Source: Octopus sinensis
Lineage: Eukaryota
Direction of reading: 5' to 3'
Length of the DNA stretch: 64,000 nucleotides
Assembly (NCBI RefSeq): GCF_006345805.1
Contig: NC_043015.1
Location: forward strand, 37,200,001 to 37,264,000
Shown piece by piece: positions 1 to 12,849 of the stretch. The position numbers and the translations under genes are program-made. Under the pieces are notes generated by a model that worked only from the letters and a program-made list of their open reading frames with translations, searched no databases and was not told where the DNA came from. How positions within the stretch are numbered: position 1 is the stretch's first letter; the number at the start of each line of letters is the position of its first letter.

Positions 1-6
1 ATCCAG

Positions 7-720
7 TTATATACACGCCGGCATGGCGGTAACATTTCCTATCTCACCATTACCAACTGTGTTTCTTACAAAGAACTGTGGTATAAATAGTAAAGGGTTT
101 CTATCACTTTCCACGATCTGTATTAGGATAGTTCGATCAACAATTCTCGTTGCATTATTGAGTGACTGGATGAATATTCGATAGACTCCTGTGCCGTTGA
201 TGTTATTCAGAGGTGGAATTCTCGCGACTGTGTTTTGCAAGATTTGAACCTCTGATTTATACAGATATAGCGCAGGCAAAGGCCTTTCAAATTGAATATG
301 TTTACACACTTTCACACAAAAAGACTTGGGTCGACCGGAAAATACGGAGAGAGACGTCTGGCACACAATTTCAAGAATGACATGTAACATGTAACGTTAT
401 TATTGCGAAGGAAATATTAATATCTTCATCGTTCGGTTATCTTTGATTTCCACTACATAATAGGCAAACTTTGCATTATATTCTTTCGGGGATGATATAA
501 AAAGTACGAATAGAGGGAGTTGCGTAAAATTGGGCAACTTGTAGTATTCGTTGCAATACTTGAGGTATAGATTTCAAATCTCGAATTGGCCGACTAGAGT
601 GACTGTTTTAACAGATCACCCTGTTTCAACCCACCAACTGGCAAATTGGGTAACTTCAAAGGAGCGCTGTTTGTTGAAAACGACCGAGTCAGGTATTCGG
701 TTTGAGAATAGCTGCCTCTA
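7..720 (-). pseudogene. Decayed or partial coding stretch with beta-sandwich (cadherin- or FN3-like) character; includes the 127-aa ORF at 7..390
   Basis: One minus frame runs about 238 codons from 720 to 7 with only 6 stops (including both ends), well below expectation for AT-rich DNA. GVYRIFIQSLNN..TILIQIVESDRNPLLF..GEIGNVTA resembles cadherin and FN3 strand patterns. A GTAAGA donor follows PQFF. Family assignment is by eye. Confidence 0.35.
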
Positions 721-909
721 TCCTTTGCATTAGTTTTGGAGGCTTATTAAACTACTTTGGCGCGGTGCCATACTTCCAGATTAAGAGTTAAAATAATCAC
801 ATGTGTAAACAAGTACATAGTGACAAAACGAATGCCGAAGTCTGGGTCAGTGGATATTAGTAACGGCGTCTTATAAGTCCTTAATTAATGTGTCGTATGG
901 ACTGTTCTA

Positions 910-1045
910 TTATTCTTCAGTCTGCGGCCTTGCTGGAGCACCAAATTACAGTATATTAATTGCTCATATTGACACAAGTACATATTTATTTTTCGCACTT
1001 ACGTTATGGTACTTGTGTTTCGCAAATTGCTTAGTAAGGCGTTTG
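910..1045 (-). mobile_element. SINE family B, degraded 3' fragment
   Basis: ttcagtctgcggccttgctggagcacc matches the 3' ends of the copies at about 9970, 15160 and 28040. Confidence 0.55.
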
Positions 1046-1230
1046 TGATATAGCAATGTTTTGTACAGAAAGAGAGGCATTATATGAACAATAATAGTAA
1101 AAACAACGAGAAATAATTGCATTGATAATCACAATTAATAGGTTAGCAAGAATACAGCATTAAATGGACGTATAAATGTTTTCATATGAGAAAAAGAAGA
1201 CTATAAAACCACGAAGGAAAAACAATTACA

Positions 1231-1242
1231 GCCGCCATTTTG
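1231..1242. promoter_or_regulatory. YY1/Pho consensus site GCCGCCATTTTG
   Basis: Exact 12-mer match to the established YY1 consensus. An identical second copy lies at 2356. Confidence 0.4.
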
Positions 1243-1504
1243 AATAGCACTTTATGATGATGATAAGCATGATGATGTTAAGTTGAAAGGCGAAGAGGAA
1301 GATGGTGGTGGTAGTAATGGCAGCGATGGTTATGATGATGAAGTATTGAGCGTTTCATTTCCGCAATGGGAATTATTAAAAAGATACATCACTTCAAGAG
1401 AACAATTGCCGACAATTGTCAGGAAATATTATAGTCGAGATGAAACCGTCAGCATACACATCACATAAACACACACAAGCACACAGGGATACACACAGAC
1501 AAGC

Positions 1505-1506
1505 AA

Positions 1507-1568
<62 letters not shown>

Positions 1569-1763
1569 GTATGTATGTACGTATGTATGTATGTATATAT
1601 ATATATATATTATATATATATATACATATCTAACTAATCACACACACTCTCTCTCTCTCTCTCGATATATATATATATATGAATATATCGATGCATAGAT
1701 ATATAATTGAACACAGTATGTTACACAGTTACAAAAATATTTCTCTATTGCGTGCAGCAAATG

Positions 1764-1819
<56 letters not shown>

Positions 1820-1869
1820 ATATCTATCTATCTATCATCTATCTATCTATCTATCTATATATATATATA

Positions 1870-1930
<61 letters not shown>

Positions 1931-2063
1931 ATCTATATAGATAGATAGATAGATAAATAAATAGATATAGATATATATTCATATACATATACACACAGAG
2001 GCATATATGCATTTGAATTTCTTTAGACATGTGTGTGTATGTATATATATATATATATGAGTG

Positions 2064-2105
<42 letters not shown>

Positions 2106-2160
2106 ATACCTATATATATATCATTGCATATAAATATATGTAAATATACTTATACATACA
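1505..2160. repeat. Compound (TA)n/(TATG)n/(TATC)n/(GATA)n microsatellite cluster
   Basis: Directly visible. Confidence 0.95.
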
Positions 2161-2355
2161 TACGTAATGGGCGCAGAAATAAATACACACTTATATATAC
2201 GCAAACATATATACAGGCGTTCATGCAGCCAAATATACATAACTAAGTCAACCTAGAAGTACAAATTTCAAGTAGAGAAATCCATATAAAAACTCTGACC
2301 AAATGCACTCGATGTTATCTCTTCTTTCAATCATTTTCTTTTGTCACTCGTTATC

Positions 2356-2367
2356 GCCGCCATTTTG
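2356..2367. promoter_or_regulatory. YY1/Pho consensus site GCCGCCATTTTG
   Basis: Exact 12-mer, identical to 1231-1242. Confidence 0.4.
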
Positions 2368-3274
2368 CTGACGTTCTTCTCTTTTGCTAACAACCTTTTG
2401 TGTTTTCTCCTTTGCTTTTTCATTCATTTTCGTCTCTTTTTTTTTACTCCCAGAAAGTATTTCACTTCTCTAATTTCTAACTTATCTCCAATCATCTCTA
2501 TCGTCATCATCTGCACCACCACCACCTTAACCATCGGCCCCGTCGTTGTTCCCGTCGTCAATTTCATCGTCATCATTGTCGTCATGCCCCTCCTCCTCCT
2601 CTTCATCCTCATCATCATTGCCATCATCGGTGTCATCGTCATCATCATCATCATCATCATCGTTATATTCAGCAGCAGCAACGAGCTACAGTAATACTGT
2701 ATATGTTACAATTATTCATTCCTTTTCATAGACGTCTTTTCTTTCATTTATTTTCCTGCATCTTCCCTCATATTTATCCAACCCATCATCCTCATCCCCT
2801 CCCCACCCCCCTCTACTCATTGTCCTCACCATAATCACTTCCTTTCTCCTTCCTTCTTTCACCTCCTTTCACGTCCTTTCTCTCCTCTCCCGAAGCTCCA
2901 TCCTCTCCTTTCTTCATCAAATATGATTCTAATACGTCACCATCTCTCACACTTTATCTATCTACTATTACCACATTCACTGTGTGTGTATATGTGAATG
3001 TGTTTGTCTGTGTGTACTCACACGTATGTCCTCTCTTTATCTATGTATCCTTATACATACACAGTAATCACTCACCATATCGCGCCTCACCTATCGTGCC
3101 CTTAGTACCTCACGGATTTTTCTGGTCAATATATGTAAATTTATATTGCGTATCTGCGGTCAATAGGTATTTATATTTTCTAGATTTTACGTATATTTGT
3201 GGTTAATTAATAAATAAAAATAAAGTACAGTACCGCACTGTATAACACATTAATTAAAATATATTAAAAGAAGG

Positions 3275-4285
3275 TATATGTGATCACGGAGCCTTCAAGT
3301 TATTCCTTTGTTTCTGATTTCCTTCAAATTCCTAACTGAAATGATTAGTTCTGCCTGTTTTGGACAGACTGCTGTTTGTTTCAGTCCTTGCAACCATTCT
3401 GCATCCTTCTTGTGCTCCTTGTCTTTGCTCCACATGTCACTGTAAAACCTTTAACTTTCAATGTTATCTGGTATCAGCTTTTTATCTGTACACTCTCCAT
3501 TTATTGCTTTTTAGATATCTTCTGATCTACTATGAATAACTTATTCTGCTGGTATCCCTTTAATTTTTGGTCGTACTTGCACTCTTAGAAATGCGGCGCT
3601 GTTTCAGTCCATTTCTTTCAATATTATACTCCCTGTTTGTTCGCTGATGTATATCCGAATTTCATTCACATTTGTCGTTTCTTGTTTCAATTTCCAGCGA
3701 TAAACCTTCTTACGGTTGCAAATAATGTCGCTAACGTTCTCCTGTAGCCTTGCCTTTATTCTGTCGTAGATTGCCTTTTGGCCATCTGTCATGTCACCAT
3801 TAGTTTTATTATCTTCTTCTTGACCATCTATAAGTTTCACATCGATCAAACTATCACTGTTCCTTTCCTGTGGTTTATTAGAGATCTCACCTCTGTTCTC
3901 TCCTATGAGATTACTTCTATCAGTAAGAACTGAACTTTCATTGTTTCCTCTGCTGCTTTTCTCCAATACCCGTTTTTTGATAGCTTCGAACTCTACTTCT
4001 GTGAACCAACTATTTTTTTTATTGCTCTGGCTTGATCAAACAATCTCTGTTCCTTGAGTTGAAACAATCTTCTTTCTCTGCATTGATCATGCATACGTGG
4101 TCGGTATTCCCTAATATGAGAACCATTTTCGTGTACAGGGTTGATCATGTAGTAACACTCCATGACCACATCATTGAATTGTTTGTTCCATCTCCACCGT
4201 TTGTGCTGGTCCCTTGGTGGTTAAAGACATCCTGGAGACAAACCAGTATCACTGAACTTGCTCGGTGCAACACTGTCATCATCTA
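3275..4285 (-). mobile_element. R4/Dong-clade non-LTR retrotransposon, decayed N-terminal ORF up to the start of RT
   Basis: Frameshifted minus translation: RWRWNKQFNDVVMECYYMINP..YRPRMH..EQRLFDQARAI..WFTEVEFEAIKKRV ... YQQNKLF..INGECTDKKLIPD..DMWSKDKEHKKDAEWL..KAP. This is typical R4/Dong N-terminal sequence. It begins next to a (TAA)n tract and includes ORF 3604..3966. Confidence 0.85.
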
Positions 4286-4303
4286 ATTATTATTATTATT
4301 ATT

Positions 4304-4349
<46 letters not shown>

Positions 4350-4550
4350 CTGTTATCATTAGCAATATCTTCTCCATCATCGTTATTATAAGCAGCAGCT
4401 GCAGTAGTCGTAACAGTAGTAGAAGCAGCAGCAACAGCAGCAGCAACAGCAGCAGCAGCAACAGCAGCAGCAGTAGTAGTAGTAATTTTAGTAGTAGTAG
4501 TATTAGTAGTAGTAGTAGTAATTGTAGTAGTAGTAGTAGTAGTAATGATA
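4285..4550. repeat. Compound trinucleotide microsatellite (TTA)n-(TTG)n-(CAG)n-(TAG)n
   Basis: Directly visible. Confidence 0.95.
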
Positions 4551-5354
4551 TGTCTATTTCCACCAATATATCTTCTTGTTAATATATATTTTCATTTACA
4601 AATTCAATTTTCTGTTGAATGCCCTCCTTTATTAAATAACTCTTCACCCTACCACACTCCCCCCCTCGCCCATCCACCTCTCGTTAAATATTTCGTTAAT
4701 GCCCCTTTCCTAACTTGCTTTTATTTTCTTCTCTTTCTGACAACCATTTGTCCAAACCATTTCGCTTTAAGTCATTTGCATATCGTAACATTTAGAATGT
4801 ATAGAGACAATATTTTCTTTTAATTGTCCAAACAACATCGAAATGATTCCACCGTTTCAAAGGAAATTAGTTTTTCTTATTGCCACACAATTATCATATT
4901 AAACTTGTAGAGATGAATGCCATACAGTATTTATATTTCTCTATCATAATCGTCTCTCCAGTCTGTCTACAGCACACTTTTCAGCAATTCCTTCTGCATT
5001 CTCGTCTATCTATTTATCTTCATCGACATCTAAAGCTATTTCTTTCTTTGTTTTTTAGTTCATATATACTCACACTTATTGATACGCAAACACAGTATTT
5101 ATGTTTCTGTTTATGCCTGAAAAAAAAAAATGTATATATATAAATATCACTGTGTGTCTGTGTGTGTTTACGTATGCGTGTATATTTATCTAGCGCAAAG
5201 GAAAGTAAAATTAAAACAACAAATACAGGAAGCTAAAAGAAACGAAAAATGGATGTTAGTTTATATTAGGGAAAATAAAGCGGAAACGTCTTAAGCGTTT
5301 CAAGTTGTTCCTGATCCTCAGAAAGGTATGTGTGTGTGTGGGGGGGGGGGGGGG

Positions 5355-5492
5355 TTACGACGCGGTTCATTCAGTTTCCGTCTACCAAATCCACTCGTCA
5401 GGATTTGGTTATTCTAAGGCTTTAGAAGGAGAAACTTGCGCAAGGTGCCACCGCATGGTTGGAAAGCAAACTTGTTACCACATAGCCACGCC
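5355..5492 (-). mobile_element. SINE family B, 5' half with internal deletion
   Basis: cagtttccgtctaccaaatccactc..aaggtgccac..ggttggaaagcaaac..accacatagccacgcc is shared with the 15155-15540 copy. Confidence 0.75.
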
Positions 5493-5663
5493 ACAGCCTA
5501 TATATATCAATATTTACAAAAATAAATAAGAATTGCTATTTTGGTGAATTTTCCCCTTTACAAATTAGAGGTGCACGGTGGGGTGTGTACACGCGGATCT
5601 TAGATATATATGGAAACGAGAATAGCAAACGCTAGTATATCCATGCATACATACATACCTTTA

Positions 5664-5731
<68 letters not shown>

Positions 5732-6277
5732 TACTTACATACATAACTACAACCAGGCAGCAGTATACAGAGACGTGTAAACTTCATGGAAGCTAGTGAG
5801 GAAATCAACTGAGTTTGTCACATGGCTGGCTCTTTTATTTGCCGGTCTTTTCTGAAAAACATGTACTTGCATAAAGAAATAAGTATATAATTAAAAGAAA
5901 GATCTTTCTCTCAGTGATTCTCTCCCCTTGAGGGAAGTTTCTCTCGATCGTCATATTTTTTACCAATCCCTATTTCTCTCTGGCTCTGAAACTGAAAACA
6001 AACACAGATGGCGACTGCAGCAACAACGGTGGTCACCACTCAAATTTCACACATGTACGTTACATTAAGCAAAAATACCTTTTGGTTATATTTTTCTGAC
6101 ATCTAATGACACAGTTCTTTTCCTCCAGACCGTTCATTCCTTCTTCTTTTCCTTCCGTATCCGATTATGTGCTATGCTCGAAACATATTTTTATTCTTAT
6201 ATAAAATATGCACTGAGTACTTCCAACTGACTTTTGTTTTCCTGTTTTTATCTTCTTGTCCTTGAAACTGTGTGTGC

Positions 6278-6342
<65 letters not shown>

Positions 6343-6896
6343 CAAGTATGCGTTTGGGTGGTAGTGTCGTTGCCTGTTGATCGATCATGTCTGGGTGATA
6401 TTTGAAATAGAACATATTGATTTCTAACGTAGTCCGAGACTGTATTTTCGATAAAGATATAATCGATCAAACTGAAAGTACACATTCACCCCCACTTTGT
6501 GATGGGTACGTCGGGTCAATGCCCTCCCAACTCGGAAAAGAGCGAGACCATGCTAACCCGTGACAGGATTCCAAATTAGAAAAGAAACAAGGAAAATTAT
6601 ATTTAGATACACTGAGCGATACTCTACCGACTTTCATAACAATACTTGGTTGATGCCAATGAAAATTATTACAAGACATTTCAGTAAAGTCGACACCTAC
6701 GTGCACCAGCGCCATCCCACCCTGAAAATATTGTGATTGTTGGTCGCTGGTTTTATTCTGAACCAAATGTCAAAGTCAATTATGTTTTATGATTTCGTGG
6801 CAAAGCAGAAAAGTAATACACTTTAAAAACGTCAGATTGTCGTTGGTTTTTCCTTTTTGTTTTTCCTGCCATTTTCATATATTCCTTATCGTGTTG

Positions 6897-6931
<35 letters not shown>

Positions 6932-7338
6932 ATTGTATGAGAAAATACTAAAAGAGAAAGTAATAAAAATGTGTTGTTTATTGTATCGAAACGTAGCTAT
7001 TTTTCTAGTATTTCACTCCAAAATTAAATAACTCTTATATTTATGTCTTAACAGGAAATGGACTTTTTAATTTTGTTCATTTATTTATTATAATTCATTT
7101 ATTAGTTATATATATATATGTATATGTGTGTGTGTGTGTGTGCGTATGTGTGCGTATTTGTGTGTATGTGTGTGTATATATCTCTATATATGAATATGTA
7201 CGCCAGAGTACATAAGCATATTAGCTATATGCGTATATCAATTTATCGAATATTATCACTCTCCATACACATATATATATATGTACACACACATACACAC
7301 ATACATACACACACATATATATATATATATATATGTAC

Positions 7339-7409
<71 letters not shown>

Positions 7410-7879
7410 CCTCTCTCTCAATATATATAATGTATGTATATATATATATATAATATATATATATATATATTATATATATATATATATGCAGAGAGAGAGA
7501 GAGAGAGAGAGAGGCACACACACATGCACATACAAAACACAGACACACAGACAGACAAAGACACATACACATATATATAAGATAGTATTCATGTGCAAAA
7601 TAGTTGTAATTCCTCGCTGAATATCTTGTTTTCTTCAGATTTTCTTCTAACTGTATTGTTTTCACTACGATCGTTGAGCGCCATCTCACATTGAATACAT
7701 TTGATGGTTGCTGATCCTCCTCAGTTCCTGCGTCCCTTTAGATGCCTTGTTGTCCACCCATTAGAAATGTTCCAAAACTATCCTTCTCACCAACCGCCTT
7801 ATTCTGTAATTCAAAAACATCAACATGCACCCTTATATTATGGTGGCTGCTTCCTTTGAAATTGTTGCTGCTGCTGTTG

Positions 7880-8085
7880 TTTTTTTTTGTTAAGCAACAA
7901 GACGGGTAAGGGTGATTAGGTGATTGTCTAGGGCTTAAGGGCGGGAGACCCCAGACCTTGGGAAAAAAAACTTTGGTCGTTTTGTTGTAGTCGAGGGCTC
8001 GTCGTTGATGCCCGACACCAGTGTGCGGTGGCCCTCGAAGTCGCAGGAAATGGAGATCTCCAGGTCAAAATTCTTCAACGGCTGT
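7880..8085 (-). mobile_element. GC-rich 3' end of a retroelement (Tx1-like 3' UTR?) with an A-rich tail
   Basis: GC-rich island with an 8-bp stem (tcgagggc/gccctcga), followed on the minus strand by A/CAA-rich sequence. Family assignment is from recall only. Confidence 0.35.
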
Positions 8086-8809
8086 TGCTGCTGCTGATAT
8101 TGCAGTCGTCTGAAGCTTTGCTAACCCCATTTCGTTCTGATCTCTATTCGAAACTGCTCCTGCAATGACCGTCCATTTTATACCTAAATATTATGCATCT
8201 AATACTCTTTCAACTCCATTTTGATAAAGCTATTTCTTTTTAGACAGCGTGATGAGGCTAAAGGATTATTTAGGTCCTATTCGTATCAGTTAATCTGTAA
8301 GTTTCCTTAAAGCTGTTTTTGCTTTTCTGGTTGTATTGTTTATGTACATTTTTTCTGTTATCTTTTAGTCATTGGAATGTCAGGGATCATGCATCTTTAC
8401 ATCAGAGTGGATCATGTTAAAGGCGCCCAATTTCCCAGATGAGGATGTTAAATGAGAAGACATTTCATGTACAGCAACTATATAGGACGTGCGAGTATTT
8501 GAACAAAGGACACCAGGAGCACAAATAAATTCTTAAAGGAATTTGGCTGAATATTCTTAGAGGCCCAAGAATCCATTATCCGGTATTGGTACCCGTGAAG
8601 GATAAAAGTTAAAGTTGACTTCAACGGCATTTGAACCTAGCGCGACACGTATTGAAACAACTAACATGACGTATGTTATTCGAAGCTGTTGCAACACTTC
8701 TACTTTACTACCAGTTGTTGCTGGTTATTGTTGCTGTTGTTGTTGTTGTCTTACGCCCCAAAACAGCCATAATCGAGTCTGGAATATATGTCCGTTATTT
8801 TCCTTCCTA

Positions 8810-8992
8810 TACTTCGACAGAATCTTTAGCACACTGGAAGAAATGCTTAGCGATAGTCCGCACGTCGCTATATTCTGAGTTCAAATTCCGCCGAGGCCGG
8901 GGTCGATGAAATAAGTAGCACTTGAACACTGGGGCTCATCTAATGGACTCATCCCTCTCCGTCAAGCTGCCCTTGTAGCAAAAATTTGAAAT
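8810..8992 (+). mobile_element. SINE family A monomer with internal deletion
   Basis: gaaatgcttagcg..ttctgagttcaaattccgccgagg..ggggtcgat matches the other family A copies. Confidence 0.7.
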
Positions 8993-9230
8993 ATGAATTC
9001 TTATCATCTTGAAACGATAAGATCCGAATATGCGAATCCCTTCCCTACTTTTTCCAACAGGTCGAACAATTCCGTAGAAGTTTGTTTCTTGTTATGCATT
9101 GTTTCATATTAATGATTCCATATGCGGCCATTTTAGTTGGTGATGGCATGAGGTTTAGTGGATACACAACTGGAATCACCGTTACAAAGACGTGTGGTCA
9201 ATATTAGAGAAGGAGGGGCGTTTTATCCAG

Positions 9231-9326
9231 GAGCCGGCACTGAATGTTACGACGTTTCGTATACGTTTAATCGCAGATAGAATTGTTTTCTGGTGTTAAA
9301 AAAAGCTCGATTTCCAGGAATGAATC
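9231..9326 (+). repeat. 96-bp dispersed direct repeat, copy 1 (copy 2 at 12754-12849)
   Basis: Manual alignment gives 5 mismatches in 96 nt and no indels. Confidence 0.9.
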
Positions 9327-9554
9327 TTTATTTTATTATTTTCACTCTGTTTATTACCTCGTGTTCCTTTCTGTTGAAGAGCCTAGGCTCGAAACGTAAA
9401 AGACTTTCTCACCTTCCAGGGCGGTAGACTAATACACCTGTCTTCGCCTTTTTTTCTGTAAATTTCAGCTATATATATATTGTGTGCGTGTGAGTCTCTC
9501 CGTGCGTGTGTATGTGTGTGTGTGTGTATGCATATATGGACACACACCACTCCG

Positions 9555-9686
9555 TCTAGCAGATCCACTCACTAGGCTTTGGCCAGCCAAAGGCTATAGT
9601 AAAAGACGCCCGTCCAACGTGCCAGGCAGTGGGACTGAACCCAAATGCATGTGATTCGGAAGCTAACTTTTACCACGCATCTACGC
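9555..9686 (-). mobile_element. SINE family B, 5' half
   Basis: atccactcac.aggctttggcc..gctatagtaaaagac..gtgggactgaaccc. Confidence 0.75.
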
Positions 9687-9957
9687 GAATATCTATTCTT
9701 CGACGACCTATCATATTAGTGCTAAATGTTCCCATTCCACTCTATAACAGAAATATGGATATTGTAGCTGCAAAAATAAATTTGAAGGGAAAATAATTTT
9801 TTAGACTTTTGCTTCATTAAATAATAATATACAAATTAGTTGAAATAGTATTTCTCAAAATATCTGCGTCGTTTTGACTCCATCGTCAGAAATTTATTCC
9901 CGAAATAAATTTTGAGACTTGTTTTCTCTTTAAAAATATATATCTTGATTAGACTTT

Positions 9958-10380
9958 TTTTATCTTTTGCATGTTTCAGACACTAGGCGGCGGCCATGCT
10001 GTGGCACTGCCTTGAAGAATTTTTATTGATCCGCAGTTCTTATTTTTTAAGCCTGTTACTTATTCCATAGGGTTCTTTTTTCGAACTGCTAAGTTACAAG
10101 GAGTTGAACAGAGCAATACTCTCAAACGGTCGTGAGTGACAAACACAGACGCAATGAAACATACCTGTATACATGCACACACACACACAACCATAATTAT
10201 ATCTATATATGCATACATATAGGTAAACAAAGTGGTTCTTTCAGGTTCGTCTACCCATTCCACTGAGAAGTATTTCGTTGGTCGAGTCTATACTAAAAGT
10301 CACTTGCCGAATGTGCCATGCAGTAGAATTAAACCCAGGACAATTTGGTTGGGAAGCAATCTTCTTGGTTCGACACCATT
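9958..10380 (-). mobile_element. SINE family B, near full length, with central microsatellite
   Basis: tRNA-like head, central (CA)/(TA) tract and 3' ccatgctgtggcactgccttgaag. Colinear with 15155-15540. Confidence 0.75.
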
Positions 10381-10606
10381 TCGAAAAGTTTGGTGACTTC
10401 TAGTTACAGAAATAAATTTCTGTCCAAAACTTAATCTTAAGAATTCTGTCTTCTCCCAGTTGGTAAGGAATAGCAATTTTGTTTCGGTTCTGGATACCAA
10501 TATACCAACTCCTGGTTCATTGCATTTCTGTCGATGAGATTTATATGAGAGTACCTGTATTTCGAAACAGAACACATCTCAAGGAAATCGCTCTCTCGCT
10601 CTCTCG

Positions 10607-10651
<45 letters not shown>

Positions 10652-11547
10652 TCGGCTTCCTTTTATGTTAGGACTATTCTTTGTATACATTCGTTAGCTA
10701 TTCCCAGAGGCTTCCTGCTCTGGCGCTGCCAATACGCAGTTGTATCAATGTTTAAAGTGCGAAACCATTAGGATGTTTTGGGCATTGACTGATGAGGAAT
10801 CAGTTGCGAATTTTCCGTGTATTATGGTTTTGACTAATTTTACTTTTGTTATGTTTTCGCCAAATGTTCCTCTTGTTGTTTTCTTTCTATTCGATCTTTG
10901 ATTTATCTATATAACGGAACGCACTCCCTGTTTGTTTACTTAATTTTGAAAATTTTCTTTTAATATTTATTGTGCGACTTTTATACTATCACTTTCCCTT
11001 CCTTGCCTCCCTTTAGCATTGTTCTCTCCCTGTATCTTTGTTTCTCTTTCTTTTATTCTCTTCTTTTTCTTCAGTCCTTCTGCACTCTACAACTCTTCAT
11101 CTCTCTTCCCTCCTACCACAACTTAACTGGTATCCACCTAAGGTGGTGTCATTCCTTTTTCTTCTGGCTTTGACCAGACTGGCCACGTTTGTGTGGGTTT
11201 CTCGCTCCGTCCTTTTGGACTTTTCCATTTCTCGTTAGCGTTACCTCACTACATCCGTTTCATAGTTGAAAGGCCTAGTTCTGCTGTGTATGCTGTATAT
11301 GAATTATTATTATTATTCTATTGTATAGCCGAAAGGGATTTTTCTGTTGCATTTGTATTACTTTTTTGTTATATACGTACAATTCTTATATTGTTTTAGC
11401 TTATCTTGTTTGTTTTTGTCCTTGTATACATTCTTTAGCTATTCGCTGAAGGTTCCTGCTTTAGTGCTGCCAAGACAGAGTGATATCAAAGTTGAAAGAC
11501 TTCTAGGTGTAATCCCATGGTCATTCATCCATTTACATACACACGCG

Positions 11548-11623
<76 letters not shown>

Positions 11624-12396
11624 ATATATATATACTCACATTTTTTGTATATATGCATTACATGATGATATTTCCATCCATTTAAATTCTGTTCATAACC
11701 TTTGAACCACTTCACGCTTACAATGGAATAAGCTTTCCAAAGGAGCATGACATCGGATCGATCCGGAATCGGAGAATATTTGGCTGCCGACTTGTTCACA
11801 TAACGCTATTTCTCATGAAATATAATATATAACTTGAATATAAAAACGAAAAAAACCTTGTTGCTCGATGTTGTTGATGGTTTGCATAATGGTTTGCGAT
11901 TCAATCTTACAATCTTCGCTCGTTTGTGAATAATGGTTTCTCACGAAAATCAAAATTTCACTTTTACCTCTGTGTAAACGCATAAATATCTGATCTTAAT
12001 ATTTCCTAAAAACCATTAACTGAATCTTTATGACTGAATAAGCAAAAATCAATTTATTGTTGTTTTGCCTTACGATCTTAATTATTACTCTCTCTTTAAA
12101 TCAATAGTTCATTAAAGTGGCGTCACAATGGGTACCTTGATGTGCCAGAGATCTTTCTACAATAAAATTAAGGCTTTAGAAAATTTATAAAATGCATCAG
12201 CGTCTTGAAAATGGGGTTATCCATAATTTCGTCAAAGACTCGTAAAATTAATACAGTAAGTAAAGCTTTTTTTATAGATTTTTGCAAAAAAGTTTAAAAT
12301 TGAGATATATTCTCGAAGGTATTGCTGCAAAATATGCGGTAGTATTGCATTTGATGTTCCCTGCATCATAATTGAAACTGTTTAAGTGAGACTCAC

Positions 12397-12438
12397 TGAT
12401 GTATCGTATTAATTTTTCTATACTGTTCAAAGCTAGCC
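12397..12438 (-). CDS. Candidate 42-nt internal exon (R)ASFEQYRKINTIH, phase 2-2
   Basis: Long pyrimidine tract ending ttgtttcag|G and a CA|gtgagt donor. The open frame is phase-compatible with the 18525-18762 exon. Confidence 0.4.
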
Positions 12439-12753
12439 CTGAAACAAGTACGTTTATGTAAAAAATGTGAGAGAAGAAAGAAAAATAAATGATATGTGTA
12501 TATATAGGTTTCCCTCGCTCTCCACGAATGTCTTCGTTAAACACCCACTGAGTGTCACCGTGTAACACTAGCAGAGAAACCAGTGATCTTATTAAACTTA
12601 TTCATGGCAGCTCGTACGTATTCTATCTTCCAACCATAATATTCCACCAAATATATTTGATAGGTTACTAGAATATAATGTGCATTTCTCTTGTGTTAGC
12701 AGTGCAATGTTCTCATTTCTTAATCTACCGCTACATATTTTCTATAGAATGCA

Positions 12754-12849
12754 GAGCCAGCACTGAATGTTACGCCGTTTCGTATACGTTTAATCGCAGA
12801 TAGAATTGTTTTCTGGTATTTAAAAAAGCTCGATTTACAGGAATGAATC
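12754..12849 (+). repeat. 96-bp dispersed direct repeat, copy 2
   Basis: About 95% identical to 9231-9326. Confidence 0.9.

Noticed and set aside
10788-10812. CTGATGAG..CGAA hammerhead-like core
   Set aside because: GAAT instead of GAAA, and no convincing stems I-III. Other CTGATGA hits (about 51190, about 55830) also fail.
11722-11790. Possible phase 2-2 exon RQPNILRFRIDPMSCSFGKLIP with a gtaagc donor
   Set aside because: Weak AAG acceptor without a pyrimidine tract, and an alternative frame is equally plausible. Not listed as a feature.
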